From positions 119,102,001 through 119,166,000 of the forward strand of contig OZ296650.1 of assembly GCA_965655095.1 (NCBI GenBank): DNA of 64,000 bases, read 5' to 3'. Every line of letters begins with the position of its first letter. Within the stretch, counting starts at the first letter, position 1. The notes under the pieces were generated by a model, which was not told where the DNA came from, did no database searches, and was given only the letters and a program-made list of their open reading frames with translations. Source of the stretch: Haplodiscus bocki (Eukaryota). Shown in pieces: positions 15,201 through 24,849 of the stretch. Position numbers and translations under genes: made by a program.

Positions 15201-15242
15201 CTCGTGAAGTTACTCACCTCTGTTATTAAACTGTCTAGGCAT
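3098..15242 (-). CDS. NXF1: Spliced host gene, nuclear RNA export factor (NXF1/TAP family); 8 coding exons, 254 aa visible (RGG-rich N-terminus, RRM, start of LRR); 3' part not found and probably left of the window
   Basis: Manually assembled GT-AG exons with compatible phases: 15218-15242, 13741-13882, 13158-13224, 11029-11112, 8298-8402, 6176-6244, 4934-5095, 3098-3205. KIIGANIPE|LEVLDLSNNALFNMYPLSELSSKAPKLNKLNISFNR matches recalled human NXF1 [45 protein letters not shown]. Orthologue versus paralogue is not resolved. Confidence 0.88.
4934..5095 (-). CDS. NXF coding exon 7 (ELMSQFYKAETKFLDMSNF...KIIGANIPE)
   Basis: 162 nt inside ORF 4829-5104; TTTCAG acceptor, GTTAGT donor. Confidence 0.87.
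5338..5582. repeat. Cluster of degenerate palindromic TCAGCGCTGA/TCAGAGCTGA motifs (likely a non-autonomous TE fragment)
   Basis: Several variants of ATCAGCGCTG(A/T)T within about 250 bp. Confidence 0.55.
5702..5814. mobile_element. MITE, Tc1/mariner-pogo type
   Basis: Inverted repeats TACCGTATTTATTTGAAAAAAAGCCGC / GCAGCTTTTGTTCGAATAAATACGGTA (27 bp, 3 mismatches), TA at both ends. Confidence 0.8.
6176..6244 (-). CDS. NXF coding exon 6 (MPIFCRPWFGDRSLPPEEEKKLM)
   Basis: 69 nt, TTTTTTTCAG acceptor, GTACGT donor, phase 0-0. Confidence 0.8.
8298..8402 (-). CDS. NXF coding exon 5, RRM (INTPENHIEFVVSSEDLSRKLERLSGQLKNCRGRK)
   Basis: 105 nt, phase 0-0, TTTTAG acceptor, AAG|GTTCGT donor; 35 aa, like NXF1 FHYENTRAQFFVED...ENRR. 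Confidence 0.82.
8900..10140 (-). mobile_element. Decayed 3' part of a CRE-like (restriction-like endonuclease) non-LTR retrotransposon in an NXF intron
   Basis: EKCLSSWFDALPL (cf. KGASSWLxALPL) and YTKIRHNEIRN (cf. GGYxxIRHNEIRD); many stops; boundaries approximate. Confidence 0.65.
9447..9794. mobile_element. Probable solo LTR nested in the CRE-like relic
   Basis: 348-bp segment with TGTAAG...ATAACA ends that splits the relic coding sequence; no clean TSD seen. Confidence 0.4.
11029..11112 (-). CDS. NXF coding exon 4, RRM (IVNAKDEDQMELMQSLEQKVGSPLNATN)
   Basis: 84 nt, phase 0-0; 28 aa, like the recalled NXF1 segment IPYGRKY...PFTPIE. Confidence 0.82.
11900..12450 (-). pseudogene. hAT transposase C-terminal dimerisation-domain relic
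   Basis: LRW*KW...KFLQIPTAAATSERSF resembles the hAT motif PLxWWK...KxLxIPATSAxSERxFS. Confidence 0.5.
13158..13224 (-). CDS. NXF coding exon 3 (SHRRGGPNHQSKPIRPLGYLVK)
   Basis: TTTTTAG acceptor, AAG|GTTAGT donor, phase 2 to 0. Confidence 0.8.
13741..13882 (-). CDS. NXF coding exon 2, RGG/RG-rich (GSFRSRGRGSPKWQRGGRSG...RGFN)
   Basis: Poly-T tract + AAG acceptor, AG|GTGAGC donor, open frame, phase 1 to 2. Confidence 0.8.
14248..14700. mobile_element. hAT-type MITE
   Basis: TIRs CAGGGATTCCGCAAAAATAAT / ATTATTTTTGCGAAATTCCTG; 8-bp TSD ATTTGCAC (14240-14247) / ATTTGCAA (14701-14708). Confidence 0.85.
15218..15242 (-). CDS. NXF coding exon 1 (MPRQFNNR-G)
   Basis: ATG at 15242; G|GTGAGT phase-1 donor matches the next exon. 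Confidence 0.72.
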
Positions 15243-15610
15243 ATCTGACTGAAAAGCAAAATGACCAATTTTACACAATCAATTATACTTTTGGATGGCA
15301 TATCCCATCTAACTATAACTTTATTTCTTTGATTCATACAAATACAAGATCCTTATGATTATTAGACATAAGCATAGCAACAAAGTGTAACCTCCAAAGC
15401 CTTAGCGGCCTGTCCATGAGCGCCCTCAAAACAAGAACTTTGACTCAAATATTGTCTCGAAAAAGTTTTTACCAATAACACAGATTTTCATAGTAATTCT
15501 GACCAAAGTTTTAGCCTAATTGTTGTGATAAACTTATTAAATAGATCTTTTCAGGGATTTGATGCGGGGGTGACAGTTGACACTCCAGATCGTTTGATTC
15601 CTGTATTTAC

Positions 15611-15670
15611 TTCTCGGTATTGCCATAGTACTATCGGTATTGCCGTAGTACTATCGGTATTGGCGTAAAA
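15611..15670 (+). repeat. 3 x 20-bp tandem repeat (CTATCGGTATTGCCGTAGTA) at the probable LINE 5' end
   Basis: Directly visible. Confidence 0.85.
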
Positions 15671-15805
15671 ACCTGGAGAAGTTTCCAATACCCTACTACA
15701 ATATTCTCAACCTTCAAGACACAAAGTACAACAACAAGCCACCTTCTTAGGGTCCAAAAACGTTTTGTATTGATATAAATCGGTTGCAAACCATATTTCT
15801 ACAAA

Positions 15806-16552
15806 ATGGTCAAAAAAAGGAAAAAAAGTTCAACAAAAACCTGTCCATGCTCTACATGCTCTGCTGAATTATCAGACAATTCCAATTCCATATGTTGCGA
15901 TTCGTGTAATAACTGGCATCATGGGTCTTGTGTGAACTTATCTGCTGAAAATAATTCTTTCCTTGGGAGTAGTAATAACCCTTTTTGGAAATGCAACAGT
16001 TGTATTTCCATTGTTACGCCACTTAAAACACTGGAAGCGAAAATTGACTCCGTCCTATTCAAACTAGAAGAACCCAGAACTGAAATACAACCAGCTCAAC
16101 CCTCAAAACCTATAGAAGTATTACAAAACAATAAATATGATCATCACTATAGAGTTCGTATTTCCGGAATTAGTGAGAGCAAAGAAAAATCATTTATTGA
16201 TAGACAATTTGCTGATAGAGAAAAGTGGAAGAAGTCTTTAAAAAACTAAATGTCAATAGTCCAATTAACGGAACAAACAGACGTGGTAAATTGAAGATCG
16301 CCAAAGAAAACTAATAGCTACTTTCTCATCACCATGCGATGCGCGTTTAGTGATATCTAGTGCAATTCAGAAAAAATTATTTGAAATCGATAAAATTCTT
16401 ATTACAACGGATTTATCACCATCAGATCTTGCAATAGAAAGAAAACTATTATCAAAGCGCTATGAATTGATATCCAATGGTGTGCAAAAGAAACTCTGAA
16501 AATACGTTACTTGAAACTTTATCAAGCCAATAAAGAAGTGAACGTCGACTGA
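15806..16552 (+). pseudogene. LINE ORF1 with N-terminal PHD finger (frameshifted after about 16230)
   Basis: CSTC...ICCDSCNNWHHGSC...WKCNSC (C4HC3), followed by VRISGISES. Confidence 0.88.
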
Positions 16553-19336
16553 CTAAATAAAGAAGCAAAATGTCTTTTAATCAATTGTCAGAGCCTTCTC
16601 TCACTTATTCGTCGCTTATCGTTACTATCAAAGGTAAATTTCATAGCGGCCGAAATTGTTTTTTTGCACCGAAACTCGGCTCGATGAAAATTTTACACAA
16701 AATATTTTTCCTGACGACAACTATTCAATTATAAATCGTTCGGATAGATATACTGGTTCACACGGCGGTGTATTGGTTCTGTCTAGAGAAAGTTTAAAAG
16801 TGCGCAAAGTATCTCTAAATGCCGATTTTATGTGCTCAGTTATCTATAACAATGTACTTATTATTACCATATACAATCCACCCTTTACCAGTGATTTTCG
16901 CATGAAAGATATTATTCTGACAGAGAATATCGATAAAACTATTTCCAAAGCCAAATGTGACAACGTTATTATTTGTGGTGATTTTAACGTGCCAAAAATC
17001 GATTGGAACAGCATGACTGAAAGCACAACTTCAGAGTATCCCTTATTCCTCGAAATGCTAATTAAAAACGGCTGTGAACAAATTTTTACTTCACCCACCG
17101 ATCAATCTGGAAATATTTTCGACTGTGTGTTTATAAATTATGGGTCAACGCACTTTACCATAGATGAAAATTCATTTTCCGATTACTATTTTGTTGAGTT
17201 CGACATTCCTAGAACACACTCTTCATGTGACTCTACATCTCAGCCTATACTATCCCTTAAACCAGATTACCCAATAATAAAACAGTGTATCGGATCTAAT
17301 TTATTCTCATTTTTTATACCTGATAAGACTGCCTATTATTCCCACTGGATTGGAGAATTAACCTCCATTATTCAACCCTTCTTCAAACGTGAGCGGCAAA
17401 GAAGAACCCAATTTCCTAGCTTTTACTGTTCGCACACTATTCACATGCTCAACAAGCTCCATACTACACACAGAAGAATCAATCGACAACCAACGTATAT
17501 TCCCACACCATCAGTTCAAATATTATCCACCAATGTAGAAGAATCTATTGCCCTTGATACCCATATATTCATTGAAAAGTTTGTAGACGCGAATCTGAAC
17601 GTTAATGATTGCAATAAACTAATCAATTCTTTCCAACGTAGCAATAAATAACCAGCTTGTATGACTCTAAACGATGAAATCCTAATTGATGATCTTAATA
17701 AAACGAATGGTTTCAACAAACGTTTTTGCAGTGTTTTTAAGAGAGACAGTCTACCAATTTCTGATTTCTCTGAAAATAACCTAAGCAATATTGAATTCAC
17801 AATTCAAGACGTCGATAAGGCTCTACGACAAACAAAACGTGGTTCTAGTACAGATGCTATTAATGGTGATTTCATCTTACAGACTTCTATTGCACTGGGT
17901 ATCCATTACCATAATTTATTAAAGAACTTGTTAAAACACTCATATTGGCCAACTGAATAGAAGCAAGCTATAATAACACCCCTTCACAAATCTGGTGATA
18001 TCAAATCGATATAAATTTATAGACCAATTTTTTGTTTATCAAACATGTCATTAGTATTTGAGCGCTTACTGTTCAATAAGTCATATGATTTCTTCGCCCC
18101 CCAACTATCAGGCTCCCAATTTGGTTTTATGAGACGCAAATCCACGGTGCTACAACTAATAATTTAATTGCAGGCTATCTACAATAACGTTGACACAAAT
18201 ACAGATTGTTATGCACTTTATCTGGATTTCTCGATTTCTCAAAAGCATTTGATAGCGTATCTCACGCGACGGTACTCAAAAAATTACGCTTTTTTGGTAT
18301 TGGAGGATCTTTGCTAAGATTGTTATTTAGCTACCTAACAAACCGCGTTCAATGCGTTAAACTCAACAATATTATATCAGCGTCATTACCAGTCACCAGT
18401 GGCGTGCCTCAGGGATCGATTTTGGGTCCACTCCTTTTTTTGATTTTTATCAACGAACTGCCAACCCAAGTATCGCACTCAAAAACTTTCCTGTATGCCG
18501 ATGATCTTAAGCTTATTCATAACAACCTTCTAGAAATGCAAAATGATATATTAGCACTTTTTCAGTGGTCACAGGTAAACAAATTATCTTTCAATGCCAA
18601 AAAGACACAGCTCATTTCATTCGATTTTCGGTCTCAAGACTGCATCACAGATATTCCAGTTCTTATCCTGGATGACCATGAAATATTTCTTCAAAAAAGC
18701 GTGGTTGATCTCGGTCTATCTTTTTCGAGCAACTTAGCTTGGTCAAAACACATATCTGATCGTCTAAAAGCATGTTACATTAGAATTATATCTTTAAGAA
18801 GATGTCTACCGCTGCATTTACATAGCCAAATCAAGACTAAATTGTATAAGACCTATATTATGCCAAAATTACTTTACGGGTCACAAGTTTGGTCCCCGAA
18901 TCGGAAAGACCTATCTAAATTAGAACAGTTCCAGTAAAACGTCTCAAAGCGGATATGCAAGGGTGCTACATACAAGACTAGATTAATCTCGTCCAGTTTA
19001 CTTCCTATAAATCTTCTCCTGAAAATAAACGATCTGCTATTTCTCAACCGAATCCTAAATGGCATGTATGATTTTGATTTTCATAACTTTTTATCAATCA
19101 CTTACCCCTGTGACAGTTTTTACTACAACACTAGATCTACCCTGAAGCCCGTTCTCAAGGTTAAATCAACTCGCACAAAACAGGCCGACAATCACTTTTT
19201 CCGGCGAATTGTTCCCCTGTCAAACTGGTTGATGAAGGAGCAAAATGTCGACTCTTTCGTTGAGCCTAACATCTTCAAACCTCGAGTGAAACAGTTGTTC
19301 AAACGCTTATTTGCATCAGATGAATATGTTTTATAA
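16550..19336 (+). pseudogene. LINE ORF2: AP endonuclease + reverse transcriptase, disrupted
   Basis: TETRL, GGVL, ICGDFN (APE); LDFSKAFD, GVPQGSILGP, LYADD, DLG (RT); internal stops and frameshifts. Confidence 0.95.
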
Positions 19337-19390
19337 TTTTTAGTTTGTCATATTGTTTATTTTTTAGTCCTTACGATTAGTAATAAAGTC

Positions 19391-19392
<2 letters not shown>

Positions 19393-19421
<29 letters not shown>

Positions 19422-19480
19422 CATACATACATACATACATACATACATACATACATACATACATACATACATACAAACAT
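19393..19480 (+). repeat. (CATA)n microsatellite, the LINE 3' tail
   Basis: About 22 units directly after AATAAA. Confidence 0.97.
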
Positions 19481-19779
19481 TAGGCTCCATTAGGTTTTTG
19501 TTGCGTTGCTATTGCACCTTGGTCTGTGAAAAACATTGAATAAAAGTACTCCCCGGTATGTCACGAAATTTCTCTGCAAATTATTTATTTGAGGGGTTTG
19601 AAGTTTTCCTGATTTTCTAACCAATATTAGAAAAATAGATTTGAAGTTTCACTCACGAACTATTTAGACGAACATTTGAAAACAGCCCACTGAGATTTCG
19701 GAACAAATTTCAAAATTCCTCCAACGTAAATTTGTGAGACATTAAATAGATTATATGTTGCAAAAGGAAGTTAACTTTC

Positions 19780-20258
19780 AGTTTTCTGCAGATTAAAATT
19801 TGGATATAGTTATTGTCAGAAACGCGCCCATAGAATCAAAATCCGTAAGAAATGATGGGTTATATATAAGTTTTATAGTCAGCAATCAAAAAAAAGCAAT
19901 TGTTACGTATTGACGCATTGTGGAGAGTACATATATTTGCGGCGACAAAATTTTTGACAATTTCGCTGATATGAAAATCAAATTTCAAATCTTTGTCAAT
20001 ATTCACACCTAAATATTTGACAAGTATTGATTCCGGGAACACTTTCTCGTCTAAAATAAAAGTAATGTTACATGATTCGAATGTGGGTAATTGTGCTTTG
20101 GAAGAGTTTGAAAGCAATTTGTTTTTTGCACACCACGAGACGATTTAAGTAAATTCTTGAATCAGGAAGCAAAAAGAATTACTAGATTCGTACAAAAAGT
20201 TAGTATCATCTGCAAAGAGGTAGCTTGAATGATGTGTTGACAATTGTTTCGCAGATCA
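19780..20258 (-). pseudogene. Old LINE reverse transcriptase C-terminal fragment
   Basis: LFADDTN near 20200-20220; VKYLGVNIDKDLKFDFHI. Confidence 0.8.
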
Positions 20259-20730
20259 TTATTTTATAAAATAAACACAAAGGACCAACAAACTAACTGA
20301 CAATCTTTGAAAAAACCTGACATTCTCGAGGATTACTCTGACAGAAAAATCTGACAGTCGTGGAATGAAGAGAAAAAAATGAGTCGCAAACAAACAAGAG
20401 AATCTAAAAGTCGCAGGCGGACAAAAAACTTCGCCAGTCGCAGACGGACGTAAAAATCTGTCAGTCAACGACAAGCAAAAATGACACATACCAACATACG
20501 ATAAAAAATGAGTGCAAATGTGAATTTTAAGAAAAGTGAAGTAGCAAACGAAGAGAAGCTACCCTGATCTGATCAATCAACCCGTGAGGAATTTGGCATT
20601 TGTGAAAAAATCATTTGAAAAAAGTCCAAACATCGATGATAGTGTATCGTGGATTCTTAGCCTTGGCTGATGTGAAGTTTTAAAATGTCCATTGGAACAT
20701 TGTCCAGACAATCCTGCACCTTTAGAGGAG

Positions 20731-21107
20731 TGTAAATTTTTTGGGTTGATACTAGTTTGAGATATCTTTGTTCTAGTTTTTCTTCAGAGCGGGGCGTGAG
20801 GAAGACTTTAGAGAAACAATTTTATTATCGATCATTTATAGCCAACTCTTCAAAAGAGGCCCGATTCTTTTTTTTTTTTCGAAATCACTCATGCGGATAT
20901 TGAGGTGGTCAATTGTAATTTATTTTTTTATTGTTTTCTATTGTTCCGGATATTATTATTTTCCGGTCCGGGGTTGGGTTTTTATTACTATAGACAGATA
21001 GCTCCAATCTAAGTTTAGGGTAAAATTTTAAATTGGGTGGTTTCTTTCTAATCTACTAGTAGCGCCAATACATGAAATTTGCATACTAATATTCAAAGAA
21101 TATTACA
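20731..21107 (-). repeat. 3' LTR
   Basis: Aligns by eye with 32642-33016 (roughly 85-90% identity); AATAAA on the minus strand at 20821-20826. Confidence 0.96.
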
Positions 21108-21127
21108 CTACCCGACTTTATTTATTT
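21108..21127 (-). promoter_or_regulatory. Putative polypurine tract
   Basis: Purine-rich AAATAAATAAAGTCGGGTAG immediately before the 3' LTR. Confidence 0.5.
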
Positions 21128-21196
21128 AACTCGTCGGTTTGAAATGTTCATCAGCATGTCGATCAGGTGGGTAGTTTTTTTTCTTTCAAATTTGCC

Positions 21197-23401
21197 CTAT
21201 TCGTGGTTGTCTGTTGAGTTGTGAGTATCGGGCTCAGGATTTCTTGTTGCTCTTAGTTGGGATTCAGGGACCAGCAGACTTTGGTTTCTCCACGGAAATT
21301 TCTCATCTTTCTCCAGTCCGGCTACATGTTGATCTTCCACCATCATGACTGGCTTTAATTGGACCGTCTGGTTGTCCAGTTTGTGGGAGAATGGTTTAAT
21401 TGTATGTTGTCGCTTGTATCTGTGTAATGCATAAGTAACACCCAAGTGTAGTGCTCCACTGACCAAAAACACCACCAAACCAATTGCAAGGTGACTTTTC
21501 CAAGATAGATAGTTGTTGAATTGTTTCTCAGGGACGGTTTTGGAGCTGTGTGTTTCTGCGCAATTGGTTGTGCAATGTAGTTCAAGTTTGAGCGATATGA
21601 ATGGTCTGGTTGGGATTGTAATTCCAGTTTCAATGAGTTCAGCAATTAAATATTCGCTTCCACGCGTGTATTATAGTGAGGGAGCTGGTCCACCGTTGGG
21701 ATGAGGCTGAATAATCTAGCCATTGGTTCCGGCAGTGTTACCTTTAGTTTCAGTGGTGGAACCTTCATACAGGTGCTAAAGTCAGATCTGATTCTAACGT
21801 TGGGACCTATCAATTGTTTCCCAGAGCTTAGGCTAACCATGCATATCTGACAGCCAACGACCATTATGGAGCCTGCTGTCGTTGTTGCGTTCATGTAGGA
21901 TTCACGTAACTTGAAGTTCGGTGAGGTTGAGGTTATGAGCCATATCCCATAACCTAAGTTCGTTGCTTTTTCCTTTAGGGGAAGTGTCACAGCTTCGGTA
22001 TCACAAACTTCAATTGCGTCCATAACGCTCCCAAAATAGAGCACTGCCAAGCATGATGCATCTGGTGTTTCCGTTGCCATCGATTCTTATATTTTTTATT
22101 ACAATTTTTATATTTGTTGGAGCCGATACATTTTCCCGATTGATCCCGTGTGAGCAATGCTGACTCTCTGAGATCTCCAGATATTGCGATGAACTCCGTT
22201 TCTACAGTCCACCTAATTGCATACTCTTTTTCCAATTGTGGCATGGGGACCACTATTGATTTGTAGACCGTAAAAACTGTTTGGCGGGATATCAGTGGAA
22301 ATGACATCGTCATCAGCAAGCTATCTTCTAGTGCTAGGACGCCTAGGAGTAGTCTCGCTTCATAATACGCCAGAAGCTTGTCCACGGGAATAGCCAAAGA
22401 TAGTCTGTCACGTGATTGTAGCTGTTCTGTAGCCACCTGTTGCAGAATAAATTCCAGAGATTCTTTCAGTAACAAGGACATCGGTACATAATGGGTGAGT
22501 AGGGAGGGGGGTATTGCTTTCATGATGTTCAATTGAAAGGCTTACAGTGCTGCTCTATAAGACTTGACATTACTGTATGTCAAGGATAGAAGTGATGAGA
22601 TGGTATCAAAGTTGAAGTTCACTTGTTGTCTTGTATAGAGTAGTTGATCACGATTTCTCATCTCGTGGATGGTTTGTTGGAAAACATTGAACTGTTTTTC
22701 AATTGTTCTCCAATTTCGGTTTTGTGTCTCAATGATTTGCCTCTGAATGCCATGTAACATCTCTAGTTCCTTCGATACCAAAAAAACTTGGCATCCGTTG
22801 TGTTTGCCAGCTGCTGAATGTTTTGACCCAAAGATATCGCGTATTCTCCCAGTTTTTCAATATTCCAGGCGTTCTGTTTTGCCTTTTCTTGACACGAGCC
22901 AAAAATACCCAAAATCCCACAATCTCCAGATCCAAACATAATGGCACCCCTGAATAAACCTATTGCGTCCCCGGCTGCGGCTGCTAATGGAAGGGCTCGT
23001 TTTTCCCGTCTCCTTTTGTTCTCTTGTTTACCCTTTGGGAATGATGCCACGTCACTCTTGATTTTTAGCAGTTCTGTTTGAGCAAAGGAAATTTCTTTTT
23101 TTGTTTCTTTAAGTAGCCAATCCAATTTGAAATCTACTTCACTTGTGTTTGTGAAGATGAGATAGCAAAAGTAATTTGGGGTTTGCCTCATTTTTTGGAG
23201 TGACTGTGCAATTTGATCAACACTCGAAATAAGGGTCGTTTCAAAGCGCGGGAAAGGGACCAAAAATTGGACATTGATAACTTTTTCTGCCAGGACGATT
23301 TTTGTTTCTTCATTAAAAAAAATTCCTTTGTCCAAACTGCCTTGCCGGCTATTAGCCTGAACTACGTGAATGAAACGAAATAAGAAAAGCATTTTGGACA
23401 A
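21197..23401 (-). pseudogene. env: env: class I (F-type) fusion glycoprotein, broken into at least 6 ORF pieces
   Basis: Signal peptide; furin site RRREKR; fusion peptide ALPLAAAAGDAIGLFRGAIMFG; heptad repeats; Cys-rich ectodomain; C-terminal TM VVFLVSGALHLGVTYAL. Confidence 0.88.
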
Positions 23402-23429
23402 AACTTTAGAGTTCTCAAGCGTGAGGTTC

Positions 23430-23771
23430 TTATACTAACATTATTAGGATCTCCATGTAGTCCAAGATATCAATATGTTTGGCTGTCAATTGCTTCTGTC
23501 CTTTCATGGTGTTGACTAGTTTTTGGAGTGAGTAGAAGAGGTGCTCAAATTCGGGTGTTTCCTCGTCAATGTCCATTATAACTAAGTTGCTATCCTTTTC
23601 AGTTGTGGCTTTAATAAAAAGGGGTGCACAAAATCCACATTGTTGAGTTTGAATGGTGTGGATGGAGATTGGTTGTAGCTTTCCTGGTGGAGTCCTTTTA
23701 AAAGGTTGCGAGAAAATAGCTTTTGTTGGAACTAATGTAACGTGCACTGTGAGGTCGCTTGATGCTGACAT
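23430..23771 (-). CDS. Provirus accessory ORF, 113 aa, function unknown
   Basis: Open ATG-to-stop ORF ending 28 nt before the env start; contains one CxxC. Confidence 0.55.
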   Translation of the reverse strand: MSASSDLTVHVTLVPTKAIFSQPFKRTPPGKLQPISIHTIQTQQCGFCAPLFIKATTEKDSNLVIMDIDEETPEFEHLFYSLQKLVNTMKGQKQLTAKHIDILDYMEILIMLV

Positions 23772-24399
23772 TGTGAGTTAATCACTGTGGGTTAATTTCT
23801 TCATTTCAAATATGTAAGTTGAGGCGCTTTGGAATTCGTTTTGTGTTCAGAAGTGACTTTTGACGTTGAGATGAAATTTTTTGTTCGTTGAGGCTGGGAA
23901 GGAATTACAAACTGTGCCGCTCTAGGGTTGTTGGTGACTCCTAAGCAAAAGTTGTGGGGGAGTTCTGCTACCAGCTGAATTTCAAGTAATTTTTAGAAGG
24001 AATGGGGCTGTTGGTGCCCAATGTAGATTCAATAAATACTCAGCAGTCTTGTGGGCGTCCTGTTGATTACATTACTCTGACGCGGATATTGACAGTTATG
24101 AAATTCAAAAAAAAATATTTCCGCAGCAATTGGAGAATTTTATTGAGGATAAGTTATTTTATTACTTGTCAATTTTCGACCGGATATTTATTTATCTGAC
24201 ATGATTAGAATGTACTTGCGCGGAAATGTTTAATTTCCACTTTAATATAATTGTTCTTTTGACAGAAGCGTGAATGGCGGCTTTTTTTACTTTTGTTTCA
24301 TTGCCGGAATATCTGTCTCCTTTGCTATGTCATGATTTGAATGACCTAAAATGTTGAATTTCGAACTGAATTCAATGTCTTTTTGAGCTTTTTCAGAAC

Positions 24400-24689
24400 A
24401 TGAGTTGTGATCGTTTTGTTTTCGCTGAGAGTTATGAAATGGAGTATTGCCCTCATGGGACCACTATTTTTCGCAATTCTGTGCCTATCAGTTTTTCACC
24501 AAACCAGGATGCACGGTGTCCCTCAGCGTCAACAGCAGCACTTGTAGGCGTTGAATAGGTTGACCCTGAAGTTTATGTGTGTTCTGTGGTGGTACTGGTG
24601 GGAATAGTACTGGTTCTTCTAACCCGCGTCATTATGTGTTCTGTAAAGCAGAGGCTAATTGCAAACGAGTGAAGTGGGGCTTGTTTTAG
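24400..24689 (+). pseudogene. Small Cys/His-rich antisense ORF relic upstream of JmjC
   Basis: MSCDRFVFAESYEMEYCPHG...VE*VDPEVYVC / CGGTGG...RHYVFCKAEANCKRVKWGLF*; needs 1 stop + 1 frameshift; preceded by TTTTTCAG. Confidence 0.35.
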
Positions 24690-24849
24690 GTCCGTACAGA
24701 CAGTTTGAACGCTGTCAGTATTTTATCTGTTAATTGGTTTGTTTTTTACATGTAACTTACTGCTGTGTTTACACTGCGTTTTTGAAGTTATGTACTCAAA
24801 ATGTGATCAGCCTATCTCTATCACTTGCTTCGGCCCATTTTAAATCAAA

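Larger units (their letters stand above)
15600..19480 (+). mobile_element. Near full-length, inactivated CR1/L2-group LINE
   Basis: PHD ORF1, APE-RT ORF2, AATAAA at 19382 followed by a (CATA)n tail; 5' boundary approximate. Confidence 0.92.
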
